In this document: positions 1-9,438 of the stretch, piece after piece | Layout: each line of letters starts with the position of its first letter | Position numbering within the stretch: the stretch's first letter is position 1 | NCBI GenBank assembly: GCA_013343275.1 | Contig: CP046106.1 | Location: 160,001-224,000, forward strand | Direction: 5' to 3' | DNA length: 64,000 nt | Source: Candidatus Nanohaloarchaea archaeon | GTDB taxonomy: Archaea; Nanohalarchaeota; Nanosalinia; Nanosalinales; Nanosalinaceae | Position numbers and translations under genes: made by a program | Notes under the pieces: model-generated | Told to the model about the DNA's origin: nothing | What the model saw: only the letters and a program-made list of their open reading frames with translations | Databases searched by the model: none

Positions 1-246
1 AGGATCCTCCAGGAACTGGATCTGGGCCTTGAAAATATCGCCTTCATCGCCTTCGGACTTCTCACCTGTCTTCTCAGCAGCCTCCTCCAGCTGACTCCTG
101 GCCTCTTCCTTTGCAGACTCAAATCTTTCTTTCTCATCCTCAGCAGTCTTATCCGATTTCTCTTCGATTGAGAAATCTGTTTCTTCATGTCTCACGATTT
201 TTCCTGAGGCCTTCTGCTGTGTAATCCCTGTTCCCTCTATCTCCAT
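1..246 (-). CDS. ptsI: PTS enzyme I (PEP-protein phosphotransferase), N-terminal part, runs off the window edge
   Basis: Manual translation from ATG at 246 gives MEIEGTGITQQKASGKIVRH...EGDIFKAQIQFLEDP, which resembles the EI N-terminal 'IF.AH..(F/M)L.DP' region; directly downstream of HPr. Confidence 0.8.
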   Translation of the reverse strand, partial: MEIEGTGITQQKASGKIVRHEETDFSIEEKSDKTAEDEKERFESAKEEARSQLEEAAEKTGEKSEGDEGDIFKAQIQFLEDP

Positions 247-253
247 TATTTTT

Positions 254-520
254 TCACCCCTCTGGTGTAGTGATAACTTTTTCTAGTGCATCGAGGGCCT
301 CTTCTGCGTCCTCGCCTTCTGCCTCTATCTTCATTTTATCGCCCTGTTTGAGACCGAGGCTTGTAATGGCCAGCATGCTTCTGGCATCGACAGGTTCCTC
401 GTCTCCCTCTGCATCGCTGATTTTCAGTTCGCAGTCGTACTCCTGTGCAGTCTCCACAAATTTTGATGCAGGCCTTGCATGTAGTCCTGCCTCCGGTACT
501 ATCTCCACAGTTCTCTCCAT
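254..520 (-). CDS. ptsH: PTS phosphocarrier protein HPr
   Basis: GLHARPA motif with phospho-His, VDARSML, 88 aa. Confidence 0.95.
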   Translation of the reverse strand: MERTVEIVPEAGLHARPASKFVETAQEYDCELKISDAEGDEEPVDARSMLAITSLGLKQGDKMKIEAEGEDAEEALDALEKVITTPEG

Positions 521-987
521 TACTTGGATACCTCTTCTTCGATTATCTCCATTATTTTTTCTGCATTATCCGCTTCAAGAAGTTTGTTGCGAACGTCTTC
601 GTGTATAAGCGAGCGCGAGATACTACTGAGCACGTCCAGGTATTCGTCTTCAGTACCTTCCGGGAAGAGCAGCATGAAGAGCAGTCTTGCAGGTTCTCCA
701 TCAGCTGCTCCAAAATTCACTCCGTTTTCAGCACGGATGAATGCTGCAGAAGGCTCCGTAACGGCCTCAGTCTTTGCATGAGGTATTCCAATCCCTTTGC
801 CCACTCCTGTAGTGGCCTCTTCCTCCCTCTCTTTCAGGGCCTTCAGTGCTTTTTCCGTATCATTTATTTTGCCTTTCTGGTCTATAAGCTGTAGGAGGCC
901 TTCTATTGCTTCTGTCTTGTTTTCGAAATCTCTGTCAAGTTCGATGGTTTCCGGTGATATGAGTGATTGAAGGGCTTTGCTGCTCAT
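520..987 (-). CDS. PTS fructose-family EIIA component
   Basis: ERE...TTGVGKGIGIPHAK motif of Fru/Ntr EIIA. Confidence 0.9.
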   Translation of the reverse strand: MSSKALQSLISPETIELDRDFENKTEAIEGLLQLIDQKGKINDTEKALKALKEREEEATTGVGKGIGIPHAKTEAVTEPSAAFIRAENGVNFGAADGEPARLLFMLLFPEGTEDEYLDVLSSISRSLIHEDVRNKLLEADNAEKIMEIIEEEVSK

Positions 988-1072
988 ATGGTTATGGATT
1001 GGGTTCTGTACGGGTTTAAACTTTCCCTGGTAGGAGGGGTGAAAAAGAAAAATAAGAAAGGTATGGGTATTT

Positions 1073-2185
1073 TTATTCCTCTGAAGTTTCCTCTGATTCG
1101 TCTACGTCTGGCTTGAGTAGTGTTACCATTCCTGCTGTGACCACGGTTCCTAGAGCAAGTGCTCCGAGGAAGGCCAGTGGCTTGTTTGATAGAGGTACTA
1201 CGAAGATACCTCCGTGTGGTGCAGGCATTGTAACGTTCATCGCCATTGATGCCGCTCCTGCGACTCCTGATCCTACCATGAGGCTTGGAATGACTCTGGC
1301 TGGATCGGATGCTGCGTAAGGGATTGCTCCCTCTGTAACGAAGGAGAATCCCAGGACTGTGGCCGACTTGGCGTTCTCATACATCTCTTTCGGATATTTC
1401 TGAGGTGCTAGGAAGTTGGACAGCGCCATTCCAAGTGGCGGTGTCATTCCTGCGATCATTGCTGCAGCCATAGGCTGCGCAACCATTGGATCGCTGCTCA
1501 GAAGTCCTACGGAGAATACATAGGCGACCTTGTTGACAGGTCCTCCCATGTCGAATGCCATCATCAGGCCGATGATTGCTCCTAGTCCCAGGGCCTGTGT
1601 TGTACCCATCGACTGCAGGAAGCCTGTGAGGGCCTGGTTTGCAAGTGCGATTGGTACGCCCAGGAATAGGAGTAGAACCGGTGCCAGGATTGCGGTTGTT
1701 GCAACCGGCACAACTAGAATCGGCATAAGTGAATCAAGTGATTCCGGTACGTCCAGATTCTTGATGTATCTGGCGACGTAACCTGCCAGGAGTCCTGCGA
1801 TGAGGGCTCCCAGGTATCCGGCGACTAGCGGAGCGTCTGTACCTGTTGCTCCACTGAAGCCCATGACTTTTGCAGCTGCGGACATAACGCCGTTCTGCTG
1901 TAGTAGGTAGGACAGGATGAAACCTGGTGCGAGTGCAGGTCTATCTGCTATCGCATAGGCCACGTAGGCACCGAGTACCGGTACCATCAGTGTAAGTCCT
2001 GCTATCCCGATCTGGGCAAGGAACCATCCCAGGCTGCCTGTGTTGCTGAATACTGCTTGCGTGTCTCCAACTGCATAGGCAATTGCCAGGAAGATTCCGC
2101 CGACGGTTACGAAGGGAATCATGTAGGAAACTCCAGTCATCAAGTTTTCCTTGGTAGTCTGGAGATCTTCCTTTGAAAAGGTCAT
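1073..2185 (-). CDS. PTS fructose-family EIIC permease
   Basis: LMTGVSYMIPFV, FDMGGPVNK, TEGAIPYA and PHGGIF motifs; ATG at 2185 preferred over the GTG at 2215. Confidence 0.95.
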   Translation of the reverse strand: MTFSKEDLQTTKENLMTGVSYMIPFVTVGGIFLAIAYAVGDTQAVFSNTGSLGWFLAQIGIAGLTLMVPVLGAYVAYAIADRPALAPGFILSYLLQQNGVMSAAAKVMGFSGATGTDAPLVAGYLGALIAGLLAGYVARYIKNLDVPESLDSLMPILVVPVATTAILAPVLLLFLGVPIALANQALTGFLQSMGTTQALGLGAIIGLMMAFDMGGPVNKVAYVFSVGLLSSDPMVAQPMAAAMIAGMTPPLGMALSNFLAPQKYPKEMYENAKSATVLGFSFVTEGAIPYAASDPARVIPSLMVGSGVAGAASMAMNVTMPAPHGGIFVVPLSNKPLAFLGALALGTVVTAGMVTLLKPDVDESEETSEE

Positions 2186-2287
2186 TATAGTAACCCGTGA
2201 GAAAATTGCCTTCACTCCTATTTAAAATAAACTATTTAAACAGGTTTCTGTAGGGCCTTTTTTACCCTGTAGAACCAATAACAGGTT

Positions 2288-3193
2288 ATGATCCTTACCG
2301 TAACTTTCAATCCTGCAATAGACCACACATACGTAATTGACGAAGATCTGGAGAGCGAAAAGATTATGCGAACCAGCGAATCACATTTCGACGCCGGAGG
2401 AAAAGGTATCAACGTAGCCTCCTACCTGAATACTCTGGGTCACGACTCGCTGGCGACAGGCCTCCTCGGAGGATTTACAGGAGATTATATCCGAACGGAA
2501 CTGGACAGGGAAGGCCTGGCCCATGATTTCGCTGAGGGGGGAATCACAAGGATAAATACTACTGTAGCAGGCGATAATGAGGAGTACAAGCTGAACCATT
2601 CCGGTCCAGAGACAGGGGAAAAGGCCGTGGAACGTGTTCTGAGCAAGGTTTCCAGCAGAAGCCCTGGTAAAGTTGTGATATCTGGCAGTCTGCCTCCAGG
2701 CCTGGATAGCTCCGCGGTTGAGGAGATCGCTAGCGAAGTGGAGACAGATGTAGCAGTTGACCTTCACGGCGATGTGCTTGGAGAACTGGAGGAAAAGTAC
2801 TTTCTAGCGAAGCCCAACAGAAATGAGCTGTCCGAGGCAACAGGTATCGATATAGATAGCATACAGAAATGCAGAGAAGCTGCTGAAAAACTGCTTGATA
2901 GAGGGTTCGAGAACGTTCTGGCATCGATGGGAGAGGACGGAGCACTTCTGGTTACAGAGGAGAGAGCTCTCTATGCGGAAGGCCTTGACTCCGATGTAGC
3001 AGATACCACTGGTGCCGGTGATGCAATGCTTTCCGCAATGCTGGCAGGGTTAGAAGAGAATAAGGATAAAAAAGAAGCCTTCAGAAAGGCCCTGGCATTT
3101 GCTACTCTAGTAGTTGAGACTCCAGGAACAGGTAAGCCTGAAATAGAGAAAATGAATGATTATGTAGAAAGGGTTGAAGTTGAAGAGCTGTGA
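2288..3193 (+). CDS. pfkB: 1-phosphofructokinase family hexose kinase (PfkB)
   Basis: ILTVTFNPAID, GGKGINVA, KPNRNEL, DTTGAGD; located inside the fructose PTS cluster. Confidence 0.9.
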   Translation: MILTVTFNPAIDHTYVIDEDLESEKIMRTSESHFDAGGKGINVASYLNTLGHDSLATGLLGGFTGDYIRTELDREGLAHDFAEGGITRINTTVAGDNEEYKLNHSGPETGEKAVERVLSKVSSRSPGKVVISGSLPPGLDSSAVEEIASEVETDVAVDLHGDVLGELEEKYFLAKPNRNELSEATGIDIDSIQKCREAAEKLLDRGFENVLASMGEDGALLVTEERALYAEGLDSDVADTTGAGDAMLSAMLAGLEENKDKKEAFRKALAFATLVVETPGTGKPEIEKMNDYVERVEVEEL

Positions 3194-3195
3194 TT

Positions 3196-3579
3196 TCAGG
3201 AGAACAGTTCCTTGATCTTCTTAACGAGCCCCATTGAGTTAGTATCGGACTTGTACTCTACATGTTCTTCTCTGTTCTCTTTAGCTTCCTTAACCTTATC
3301 TATTAACTCTTCTGCATCTGTTACTGCGGCCTGAACCTGTGTATGCAGGGAGGTCATATCCTCGAACCTCTCGGTATCTACAGAGATATCGGATGCAATA
3401 ATAGCTGCATCAGCCTCTTCGATATCTTCCTCGTTCAGGACGTTCTCGGTGCCTGAAGAACCATGAACTTCAACTTTTATCTCGTCGTCAGTACCTTCAA
3501 CTGCTTCTTCAAGGCTTTCCGCCGCCATCTGGCTGTGAGCGATACCGGTCGGGCACCCAGTAACTGCAACTAGCTTCAT
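3196..3579 (-). CDS. PTS fructose-family EIIB component
   Basis: VAVTGCPTGIAHSQMAAE with phospho-Cys. Confidence 0.93.
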   Translation of the reverse strand: MKLVAVTGCPTGIAHSQMAAESLEEAVEGTDDEIKVEVHGSSGTENVLNEEDIEEADAAIIASDISVDTERFEDMTSLHTQVQAAVTDAEELIDKVKEAKENREEHVEYKSDTNSMGLVKKIKELFS

Positions 3580-3614
3580 ATACTCCTACACTTCTCGGAG
3601 CTGGAATAAAAGCT

Positions 3615-4244
3615 TTACCGCCCGACGATCTCGAAAACCCTCTCACGCAACAGTTTCGGAGAGTCAACAACTTCATCCGCGTTAGAAGGCGCATCTCCCC
3701 CTGATTCAGAGTAACCTATACAGTAGAGGCCTGCACCTTTAGCCGAAGCAACACCGGCCTCAGTATCGTCAACAGCAACAGCATCCTCCGGATCAACACC
3801 TAGACTTTCTACCGCCATTCTGTAGGTCTCAGGCTCCGGCTTGCCCTTGCCATCCACATCACCGGAGTCAACAACTGCATCAAAATCCAGGTCAAACCTG
3901 TCAATCACGTAGCCAGGCCAGTAAGAACCTGTAGCAAGACCGATAAGAAGACCTAGATCTCGCAGCTCCTGAATAAACTCTTTCAGGCCTTCCATAAGTT
4001 CGGCCTTCTCACAGTAAACCTCTTCAGCCCTGCTCTCGTACATCTCAAAGAACTCTTCTCTGGAGACCTCTACATCGAAATCCTCACACAGCTTCTCGTA
4101 AGTATTTGTAATGCTCATGCCAGCAAGCCTGTCAGGATCAACTTCCGAACCTGTGGCCTCCCGGTAGATCTCTTTCTCTGCTCTATTCCAGTGTTTCTCG
4201 GTATCAACAACGACGCCATCCAGGTCAAAAATTACTGCCTCCAT
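3615..4244 (-). CDS. HAD family phosphatase (beta-PGM/CbbY-like)
   Basis: AVIFDLDGVVVDTE, KGKPEPE, VDD motifs; ATG at 4244. Confidence 0.85.
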   Translation of the reverse strand: MEAVIFDLDGVVVDTEKHWNRAEKEIYREATGSEVDPDRLAGMSITNTYEKLCEDFDVEVSREEFFEMYESRAEEVYCEKAELMEGLKEFIQELRDLGLLIGLATGSYWPGYVIDRFDLDFDAVVDSGDVDGKGKPEPETYRMAVESLGVDPEDAVAVDDTEAGVASAKGAGLYCIGYSESGGDAPSNADEVVDSPKLLRERVFEIVGR

Positions 4245-4403
4245 AAAGTAAGAAACCGTGCAGCCGCAATAAAAATCTGGTATAAACACCGGCCTAACTT
4301 AATTCCAGGAAGCCTTTCCGAATCTAGAAATCCATTATTTCTCTACCTGCACCACTAACCTACAGAGGCCGGTTTTAAATAACTCTAAGCCCAATTAACT
4401 GGC

Positions 4404-5777
4404 ATGAAGAAGGCCTTGCTGCTGATAATAACGATTTTCCTGATTTCTATAACAGCAGCTTTTCCGGCCTCTCTGAAAGTTGTGGACCGTACAGCTTCTC
4501 CCGACGAACCTGCAAACTTCCAGGTTGAGATAAAGAATAATTACAGCACCGAGCAGTCCTTCCGTGTCTCACCTCATGCAGGAAACCTTGACTGGTTCTT
4601 CAACGACGGCCCTATAACACTTGATCCTTCTGAAAACGGCACAATCAATATTACTGTAACTCCTTCCGTAAATTCCTATCCTCATAACTGGCAGTTCGAT
4701 CTACGGGTCTGGATGACAGGCACAAACCGCTTCGAAATGCTCTCCAGCTACTACCGTGTCGAGAGAAGAGCCGAGCTTGAGGTAGTATCTACAGGCCTAC
4801 AGAAGAAATTTGTGAAGCCAGGCCATGAAAATAGTTTGAATATAACTGTCAGAAATCTGGGAACTGAAAGCCTTGAGGACTACAGTTTTGTTCTTAGCTA
4901 CATGAACAGGGCTGTGGAGAGAGGAGGAGAAACTCTCCTACCGGGAACCGATCAGAGAATGCCTGGCCAGAAGACTTACAGCTTTAATCTTGAAGTACCA
5001 GAAGGCACTCCTCCTGGAAACATAACACCGGTCCTGAAGGTAGTTTACGACAACAAGACCAGGGTCTACAACTACTCATTCCATGTTGAGAAAGTAACCA
5101 ACGTTTTCCGATTACAGAACGGTACTGACGGTGCCTGGGGTTTTACTAAAGAGCTTTACGCTGAAAACAGAGGAAATACCAAGGTTAACGTTACTTTTGA
5201 TGAAACTGTACCTGTCTACGTAACTCCATTCGTAGCTTACAGCGCTGAACCAGATGAGGTAGTTCACAGCCAGAGCAAAGCAACATATGTCTGGAAATAC
5301 GCGCTTTCTCCTGGTGAGGAAGCTACTGTACAGTACAGCGTGAACTACTGGATGCCGGCACTGATTGTACTGCTTATAGTTGCTGGGCTTGTAGCTCTGA
5401 AACGTTTGGGCAGCACAGCTACTATTACAAAGACAGCGCGGAAAGAAGACGGGATGGTTAAAGTAGGTATCGAGGTAAAGAATAATTCGGACAGAGTACT
5501 CAGCGACCTGGCTGTCGTCGACTTCGTACCTGATATAGCCTCCGTCTCACAGAACTTCAACGTTGCAACGCCAGAAATCCATAGAACAGGTGAAGGAACA
5601 AAGCTTGAATGGCGTATAGATTCTTTAAGGCCTGGAGAGGAGAGAGTATACGAGTACAGGATAAAGCCTAAGGTAGAGGTTGAAGGAGGAGCGACTTTAC
5701 AGCCTGCGGAGATCAAAAAAGGAGAAGAAACCCTTGCCCTATCCTCAGAGCGCTCAGTCGAGTTCAGCCCCGAGTAA
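4404..5777 (+). CDS. Secreted, membrane-anchored protein with Ig-like repeats (CARDB/DUF11-like)
   Basis: N-terminal signal peptide, repeated 'V.N.G' and 'L.PGE' beta-sandwich motifs, internal transmembrane helix followed by KR. Confidence 0.6.
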   Translation: MKKALLLIITIFLISITAAFPASLKVVDRTASPDEPANFQVEIKNNYSTEQSFRVSPHAGNLDWFFNDGPITLDPSENGTINITVTPSVNSYPHNWQFDLRVWMTGTNRFEMLSSYYRVERRAELEVVSTGLQKKFVKPGHENSLNITVRNLGTESLEDYSFVLSYMNRAVERGGETLLPGTDQRMPGQKTYSFNLEVPEGTPPGNITPVLKVVYDNKTRVYNYSFHVEKVTNVFRLQNGTDGAWGFTKELYAENRGNTKVNVTFDETVPVYVTPFVAYSAEPDEVVHSQSKATYVWKYALSPGEEATVQYSVNYWMPALIVLLIVAGLVALKRLGSTATITKTARKEDGMVKVGIEVKNNSDRVLSDLAVVDFVPDIASVSQNFNVATPEIHRTGEGTKLEWRIDSLRPGEERVYEYRIKPKVEVEGGATLQPAEIKKGEETLALSSERSVEFSPE

Positions 5778-5822
5778 CCCACTTAAAGATTCGGTTGGTT
5801 AAAACAGTATACGGTTCTCACA

Positions 5823-5838
5823 CCCGACTTAGCTCAGT
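5823..5838 (+). repeat. 16-bp direct copy of the 5' end of the downstream tRNA-Tyr
   Basis: CCCGACTTAGCTCAGT at 5823-5838 is identical to 5884-5899. Confidence 0.9.
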
Positions 5839-5883
5839 GCGAAGCTGGAAAAAGCTTCTTGAAAGAGACTAAGATAGAGAACT

Positions 5884-5957
5884 CCCGACTTAGCTCAGTC
5901 TGGCAGAGCGGTCGACTGTAGATCGACTTGTCCCAGGTTCAAATCCTGGAGTCGGGA
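5884..5957 (+). tRNA. tRNA-Tyr(GTA), intronless, CCA not encoded
   Basis: Acceptor CCCGACT/AGTCGGG, anticodon arm GTCGA-CTGTAGA-TCGAC, T arm CCAGG-TTCAAAT-CCTGG. Confidence 0.95.
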
Positions 5958-5965
5958 CTACCTTT

Positions 5966-6348
5966 CTATATAATCTCTTCTACAGGATTTCTTAGCACAA
6001 TTTTACCTACTGCTGCACCAATTAGCGCTCCAGCAATGACGTCAAACAGGAAATGCACTCCGAGATAGAGTCTGGAGAAACAGATCAGTGTCGCCATTGT
6101 GTACAGATACGGCCTTAACCCAGGTTTCCTACCTGAGAGAATTACTGCTAGTGTCCAGGCAACTGCCGAATGACCTGAAGGGAAGGAAGATGTGGTTGTG
6201 GATACTAGATGTTCTGCCAATTCAGGCCTGCTACAAGTAGAGCTGCGACGGAGAACGACGCCAGAGAAGTTACATTAGTGAAAAACTGGTTTAGCAGCGG
6301 GCTTCTCATGGCCTGTATAAGACCGTATTCTCCGGCGGCGTAGATCAT
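5966..6348 (-). pseudogene. PAP2 family phosphatase, internally deleted and frameshifted
   Basis: The 5' fragment 6348-6205 (MIYAAGEYGLIQAMRSPLLNQFFTNVTSLASF...AGL) and the 3' fragment (RPE...SFPSGHS...SRLYLGVHF) are in different frames and join at CAGGCCTG; the K-x6 part of motif 1 is missing. Confidence 0.75.
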
Positions 6349-6364
6349 AAGTCTTTTTCCTCTT

Positions 6365-7501
6365 CTAGAAAGTGTTTATCTGGTTCTCCACGCATTTCTT
6401 GGTTATTTCATCGATACTGTCGAGATGTCTCTGGATTATTTCCTGGAATTCTTCTTTCTCTGCGGGTGTTTCGACCTCGATCAGCTTCGGGTCGTCTATC
6501 GGAGCCCCTATCTGTGAGAGCATCTTCACCTGAGCGTATTCTCCGGTCTCTTCGTGTATGCTTTTCGCTATCTCACGTGACAGCAGGTTGTAGATCTTCC
6601 CGACGTGGGTAACAGGGTTTTTACCGGAGGCAGCCTCCATGCTCATCGATCTGTGCGGTGTTATCAGGCCGTTAACACGGTTTCCTCTGCCAACCGATCC
6701 ATCGTCACCCATCTCTGCCGAGGTCCCTGTAACAGTCATGTAGATCTCTTCCTCCTCTATATCATCGGCTGTATTGACATGTACTTCGGGATCCAGGCCG
6801 TTCTCACGCGCCTTTCTCTCGGCAACATCTCTCACGTTTTCGATATGGTTTCTGTAGTCATCCATGGAACCGGTTCGTGAGGAAATTGCTGGAGCTGCAA
6901 CAGTAAGAGTTATGCCCTCGCCCTGTCTCAAACCCATGACTTTCACGTCCTCTCCGCACTGATCAAGCTGTCTAACACCTTTCTCCACCTGCTTCACGGT
7001 TTTCTCTGCCGGTGAGAGAGGTGCGTGGCCTACGCCAAAGCTGGTGTCGTTCGACATTCTCTGTTCTCTCTCGTAGACTGCTGCCAGATCAGTAGACGTC
7101 TCTCCAATCCGGGACTTGAACTCTATTTGCGAAGGATCCAGGGCCTTGAAATTATCTTCAATATACTCTTTCGCGGCGTCCAGCGCTATCTTGTCGACGG
7201 GAATCTCTTCACCTTCAAACTGCTTCGTCGCACGGCCTGTCAACAGAATAAAGATAGGTTCTATAACTTCTCCACTATTGAACTCTGGATTGGACTCTCC
7301 AGCTACCAGCTGGGCCTCGTCTGTGTTGTGATGCAGTATGTGGCCGAATCTGTCTCTGTACTCTCTGGAGAGCTCGCGGGAGATCTTCTCGGCGATGCCG
7401 TCGCAGATGCTGTCTGGATGGCCAAGCCCTTTCCGCTCTACCAGTTCTACTTCTCTGTTTTTGACAGGGTCTGACTGTGTCTCGGTTCTTGAGATATTCA
7501 T
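6365..7501 (-). CDS. mat: Archaeal S-adenosylmethionine synthetase
   Basis: [53 protein letters not shown]; ATG at 7501. Confidence 0.95.
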   Translation of the reverse strand: MNISRTETQSDPVKNREVELVERKGLGHPDSICDGIAEKISRELSREYRDRFGHILHHNTDEAQLVAGESNPEFNSGEVIEPIFILLTGRATKQFEGEEIPVDKIALDAAKEYIEDNFKALDPSQIEFKSRIGETSTDLAAVYEREQRMSNDTSFGVGHAPLSPAEKTVKQVEKGVRQLDQCGEDVKVMGLRQGEGITLTVAAPAISSRTGSMDDYRNHIENVRDVAERKARENGLDPEVHVNTADDIEEEEIYMTVTGTSAEMGDDGSVGRGNRVNGLITPHRSMSMEAASGKNPVTHVGKIYNLLSREIAKSIHEETGEYAQVKMLSQIGAPIDDPKLIEVETPAEKEEFQEIIQRHLDSIDEITKKCVENQINTF

Positions 7502-7541
7502 GTTGAGTACTGGTCTCTGTGGTTTCAATAATCTAGTGGTC

Positions 7542-8177
7542 TCAGAGGTTTTCTTCACGGTATTCTTCAGGTAATTCAGGCCCTTCATCCTCTTCCTCGA
7601 AAGGCATGAACCGGACCGGAGAGTGATCTGTTATCTCGCCTTTCTCGTACTTCCGGAGAACCTGTCCGTGATCCACGTAGACCGGTGCAACGATGATTCC
7701 ATCCTCGGTAAGATGTCTGCGTGCCTCATCGAAAGAGTCGATAGCACAGGAGTACAGTATCCTGTCGAATTCACCTTCTACAGGATTGAAACCGTTTCCA
7801 TGGAGAATTTTTACGTTGTCGTAATCCAGTCTCTCACGGGAGTTCTCGATTACTTCCTCGATGATGTCTACTCCGATAACCTCTCCATCTGTCAACTCGG
7901 CAAGTAGAGCTACCTGGTACCCGGAACCGGAACCAATCTCAATCACTCGATCATTTTCCCCGACATCCAGCAACTCAGTGTTCTCCGCGATAACACTGGG
8001 CTGAGAAGTCACTGAACCGCCGGCTATCGGCAGAGGAGTATCAGCATAGGCCTTATCTTTATGCGGCTCAGGGACAAAATCCTTCCTGTCCACGTTCCTG
8101 AAGGCCTGCTCCACTCTATCCGACTCTATAATACCTCTTTCAACCAGACGGTCAACCATCTCATCGTTAGACTCCAT
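7542..8177 (-). CDS. pcm: Protein-L-isoaspartate O-methyltransferase
   Basis: VDRKDFVP, AYADTPLPI, SQP, EIGSGSGY. Confidence 0.9.
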   Translation of the reverse strand: MESNDEMVDRLVERGIIESDRVEQAFRNVDRKDFVPEPHKDKAYADTPLPIAGGSVTSQPSVIAENTELLDVGENDRVIEIGSGSGYQVALLAELTDGEVIGVDIIEEVIENSRERLDYDNVKILHGNGFNPVEGEFDRILYSCAIDSFDEARRHLTEDGIIVAPVYVDHGQVLRKYEKGEITDHSPVRFMPFEEEDEGPELPEEYREENL

Positions 8178-8264
8178 AAAAGGCCTTATTCTGGGCCTAG
8201 AGTTTTCAGTTTTGTGACCGGGGATAGAACGCGGAGAAGTTAAGAAAAAAGGAAAGAGAGGATT

Positions 8265-8777
8265 CTATTCCAGCTTGCTGTCGATACTCTGAAGGAGCTT
8301 CCTTATCTCTTTCAGTTCCTGAAGCTGTTCGTCTGAGCCGGTTTCTTTCTTACCGGTGCTCTGGCCTTTCTCCTTTTTCAGGTGTCTGTTGATGATCTGT
8401 TCGACCTCTCGCGGGTTGTCGATGCTGTTGAAACGCATCTCGACTCCCTGACCTCCAGCAGTGGAGATTTCGATATTTCCGTAGTCGAAGTAGCTGCCGA
8501 GGACTCCCTGACTGAAGCTGATGTTCTGTACCTTGTCGAAACCGATCTTCTGCACGTTACGCGAGAGAACACCGGACTTCCTGTAAAGGCCTTGATCGGT
8601 AACCACGAAGTACGTGTTTTTGACGCTGTAGTAAGCGCCAACGATAATCGCAATACCGATAAGGAACGGAATCAGCGGAATACCGACGATAACAGCTGGC
8701 AAAATGCTTTTGATACGAGGCTGGCCCTGCCACAGAACCTCCTCATCATCGTCCAGATTAACCCAGTCAACTGACAT
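8265..8777 (-). CDS. Membrane protein with bacterial PH (bPH_2) domain
   Basis: Two N-terminal TM segments followed by 'F.VT...KSG.LSR...I.FDKVQN...QG...YGNI.I.TAG'. Confidence 0.75.
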   Translation of the reverse strand: MSVDWVNLDDDEEVLWQGQPRIKSILPAVIVGIPLIPFLIGIAIIVGAYYSVKNTYFVVTDQGLYRKSGVLSRNVQKIGFDKVQNISFSQGVLGSYFDYGNIEISTAGGQGVEMRFNSIDNPREVEQIINRHLKKEKGQSTGKKETGSDEQLQELKEIRKLLQSIDSKLE

Positions 8778-8820
8778 AACAGAAAAATATTCGAGAGAAA
8801 GAAAAATTAAACTAACGGCC

Positions 8821-9438
8821 TCACTCCTCTATAATACTGGAGGCCTTCTCAATCTCATACTCTACAATGCCGTGATTGGACCCTTCCATAATGTACTTCT
8901 CGATCTCTCCGTTCAACTCCTCTAAAACTTTCTCAGTGGCGTTAACTCTTTCAAGAGGGATGTGAGGATCGTTATCAGAACAGCCGATGAACACAGGGGT
9001 CTCTTCCAGGTCACCGCTGAAATCTCCGATCTCTTCTCCAATAAGGCCTCCGCTGAACAGGATCGCTCCGCCGTATCTGTCAGGATTCGATGCTGTATAC
9101 TCTGAGGCCAGGCAGGCTCCCTGAGAGAAACCAAGGAGATATACGTTGTCTTTTCCAACTTTTTCAGAGGCCTTCTCTACCAGCGTGTCTACTTTGCGCA
9201 GTGCGGAGTCCAGATGCGGTTGATTTTTCTCCCGTGGCTCAAGAAAGCTGTGGGGATACCAGGTCCTGCGAGAGGCCTGAGGAGCAAGATACGCTGCCTC
9301 AGGAAGCTGTTCGGAAAGCTGGATCATTCCTCCTGCGGAAGCGCCACGACCGTGAAGCATGATAACGGCCTTTTCCGCTTCCTTCAGATCAAGGCCTGCG
9401 GTCTGTACCGGTTGATCTTCGTGTATCTCTTCTGTCAC
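8821..9438 (-). CDS. Alpha/beta hydrolase (phospholipase/carboxylesterase)
   Basis: HGRG, GFSQG nucleophile elbow, D and H of the catalytic triad. Confidence 0.88.
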   Translation of the reverse strand: MTEEIHEDQPVQTAGLDLKEAEKAVIMLHGRGASAGGMIQLSEQLPEAAYLAPQASRRTWYPHSFLEPREKNQPHLDSALRKVDTLVEKASEKVGKDNVYLLGFSQGACLASEYTASNPDRYGGAILFSGGLIGEEIGDFSGDLEETPVFIGCSDNDPHIPLERVNATEKVLEELNGEIEKYIMEGSNHGIVEYEIEKASSIIEE

